This document shows positions 18,580 through 21,001 of a stretch of 21,001 bases of DNA, in pieces. Position numbers and translations under genes: made by a program. Source of the DNA: an uncultured virus (IMG/VR IMGVR_UViG_3300047157_000150) (taxonomy: Duplodnaviria > Heunggongvirae > Uroviricota > Caudoviricetes); IMG/VR virus record IMGVR_UViG_3300047157_000150; one strand, written 5' to 3'. The notes beneath the pieces are model-generated. The model had not been told where the DNA came from. It made no database searches and worked only from the letters and a program-made list of their open reading frames with translations. The stretch's first letter is position 1. The number at the start of each line of letters is the position of its first letter.

Positions 18580-20674
18580 ATGTTTTTTACTCAATTCGAT
18601 AGCGTGGTAAAAAATGTTTCTTCGCTAACAAATATGGTTCGTGCTACATTTCTAAGTGCGAGAGATAACCCGAAGGCATACGAAAAGGATTGGCAAAAAT
18701 TAGTCATGGAACTTAGAGAATTATTAAAAGACCCTAAACTTAAGGAACAGTTTCCTGATATAGATGATAGCGTATTATTTTCGGATGATTCTTTTTCAGT
18801 TAATAATGAGAAGGCTGGCAGTTTATTTGGTTTTTTTAATAATAAATCTTCACCTGCTGTTTTAGTTAAACAAGATAAACCTGAAAAATTCGTTGAACCT
18901 AATAAACCAATGTACCGTATATTTGAAATAGACGACATGAAGGAAATTAAAGGGCTTACTTCGGAATATGTTGTTCAAGAAAAGTACGATGGCCTACGAA
19001 TACAGATTCATAAATTCGATAACAAAGTTAAAATATACACATTTAATGCAAAGGACATTACAGATAAAATGTCCCAGTGTGTCAAGGTATTGGAAAATCG
19101 AGTTTTTCCTAATTGTATTTTAGATGCCGAGGCCGTGATGTATAAAGATGGTGAAGCATTAGTTCGAGCAGAAACACTCGCACATATAAATAGAAAAATT
19201 ACGGAAGAGGCAGATATTAAAGCACATGTATTTGATATTATGTATTTTGAAGATAAATCAGTTACCTCGGACAAATTAGAAGAACGCTTGATGATTCTTA
19301 TGAAAAACTTTTCAGCAAATGCAGATGAATATGTTTTATTTCCTAATAAAAATAATACAAGGGATGCAGACTCTTTATCCGAAATTGAAGAATACGCTAT
19401 GGATATTATGAATAATCCAGCATCCGAGGGTGTTGTAATTAAGGATGCTAAGTCTTCCTATGTTATAGGAAAAAAGAAAAACCCTAAGTGGATTAAATGG
19501 AAAAAATTTGTTGACTTAGATGTTATGGTTTTGGATAAAAAGGAAAATAAAAATGGAACTTTTGGTTATACTATGGGTATTGGCCCTGTTGAAGAAGAAT
19601 CTATCAAGGCTGTGGAAATTAATGGAGACTATTACATGAATGTCGGAAAGACTACAAATACTAAAAAAGATGTTGAGGTAGGAACTATTATTCGTGTTAT
19701 GGCTGATGAAATTATGGGTAATCCTAAAAAGGGATTCTCTTTATTTAATTCTAAATTTCACGAAATACCTGAAGTAAAATTACCGGACAAATTAATTACT
19801 CTTGAATTTTTAACAACCGGTGGAAAGAAAAGTCTTGGGGATTACAAGATTGAAGCCCTTACAAAGTCCTATGAAATTACAGACGGCATACACGGAGTTG
19901 CTAAATTAAACACAGAACTTGATTTAACAGGATTTATTTTTCACGGATTTAAAGACAATAACTTAATGTCTAAAAATGCCTCCTTAGATATAGATTTTTG
20001 GAAACAGGAACTAAAAGATGCTTATGGGAAGGATAATGGTAGATTTTTTGTATTTGTTAAGCAATTACTTGTGGACTATGGAACTTTGTCTGCCAATGAT
20101 ATTTTTAATAGAGTGGTTAAACATGACGCTAAAATGGTAAATAGACTTTTTGGTAGATGATGCAAAGGCAGAAGGTAAGATGAAGGACCGTTTAATGAAG
20201 GCCGGAGAAACATTATGGCATTGAATATTCATGCTGGAAAATTTAATCACAACGACGATATATTAAACAAGGCTGAATTAAGAAAGGGTAAATTTGAACT
20301 TTGGATTACAAGTGATAATTACTTACATTTTGTAATTGTTTATCAAGGTAAGAAAATGACTTGGGAAATTAAGGTAAGCGGTGATGAACAAATTTATGAC
20401 TTCTTAGGCGAGGCTGGTAAATATCCGTGTAAGCAAGTTAGAACTCCCGATGCAGAAACATTAATCGAAAGAGGACCACTAGTTTTAGGCGCACAAAGAA
20501 AGGGCTACCATGAATATATTTTAAACGGTAAGGAAGTTGAAACCAAAATACATTGTAGATATTTACCTGTTGGGGGGTAAAGAAATGTGGCTCGCTTGGA
20601 CAGGCTATGAAACAAAACCTGCCCCTAAGTCAAGTGATTCTGGACTAATAAATATCTATGAAGATGATTCTTAG
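18580..20674 (+). CDS. lig: ATP-dependent DNA ligase with N- and C-terminal extensions (frameshifts near 20157, 20215-20230 and 20575)
   Basis: Motif I EKYDGLR, III ILDAE, IIIa VFDI, IV EGVVIK and V WIKWK, followed by an OB-like region. ORFs 18571-20160, 20215-20580 and the tail MWLAWTGYE...DDS-TAG (20674) join by single-base indels. Confidence 0.88.
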
Positions 20675-20684
20675 GATTAGATAC

Positions 20685-20694
20685 CTTAATATAG
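20685..20694 (+). promoter_or_regulatory. Putative TATA-like element for a leaderless protease transcript
   Basis: CTTAATATAG lies in an intergenic gap about 24 nt before ATG 20717, with no SD motif before that ATG. Confidence 0.4.
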
Positions 20695-20716
20695 TCCTTA
20701 GAATACAGAACCTATT

Positions 20717-21001
20717 ATGCAATTAGAAACTCCTATGTTTGGTAATGAACCAAATAGCGGCGGAGAACTTATAATTCTTAAGTCAAATAACGAATGTGTT
20801 ATTGCTGGCTACGCATCAGTTGATGTAGTGGATAAGCAAAATGACAAAATTACATTAGGTGCAATTCGTGAAGCGGCTGATAAATTTATGAAGCAAGACC
20901 GTTATAGAAATGTAATGATTACACATTCAAATGTTCAGGTCGGAGAGGTTGTAGACCAATATACAGATTCCAATGGTAAAGTCCTAAAAACAGGCGTTGA
21001 T
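20717..21001 (+). CDS. Prohead (capsid maturation) protease, HK97/peptidase S78-like, 3' truncated by window edge
   Basis: Not in the ORF track. Manual translation gives MQLETPMFGNEPNSGGELIILKSNNECVIAGYASVDVVDKQNDKI...VMITHSNVQVGEV; the IxGYAS..VD..ND and H...VG patterns are typical of this family. Confidence 0.85.
   Translation, partial: MQLETPMFGNEPNSGGELIILKSNNECVIAGYASVDVVDKQNDKITLGAIREAADKFMKQDRYRNVMITHSNVQVGEVVDQYTDSNGKVLKTGVD

Noticed and set aside
20155..20163. Stop-codon readthrough or recoded TGA in the ligase
   Set aside because: The sensible continuation (DDAKAEGKMKDRL) is in a different frame, so this is an indel; TGA is used as a normal stop elsewhere.
1100..20250. All minus-strand ORFs in the track (e.g. 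1100-1447, 2855-3205, 15411-15932, 18591-18938)
   Set aside because: They lie antisense to well-supported + strand genes, and their Phe/Ser/Leu-rich composition mirrors Lys/Glu-rich sense codons.

Overview
This AT-rich window has all credible genes tightly packed on the + strand, with many ATGA overlaps and GGAGG/GGTGA ribosome-binding sites. It is the head-morphogenesis region of a tailed dsDNA virus (Caudoviricetes). Recognisable genes are a terminase large subunit (8581-9996), a wHTH+LAGLIDADG protein, a portal protein with Zn-finger-like inserts (11359-13054), an ATP-dependent DNA ligase (18580-20674) and the start of an HK97-type prohead protease (20717 to the window end). Archaeal-style RBS/TATA elements and this gene set suggest an archaeal virus, most plausibly a Marine Group II (Poseidoniales) 'magrovirus'-like genome; this is inference, not a database result. 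The most striking unexplained signal is a shared tag, M-(S/T/N)-W-x-x-(I/T/S/E)-(L/V/I)-K. It starts about 10 otherwise unrelated proteins and occurs once internally. Phi-x-K-[A/S/Q] motifs also recur at domain junctions, including just before the protease domain itself. My hypothesis is a capsid-loading/protease-processing address system for a shuffled array of cargo genes. Dense single-base indels (about 10940-12950, 15975, 20157-20580) break essential genes and are most likely long-read sequencing errors.
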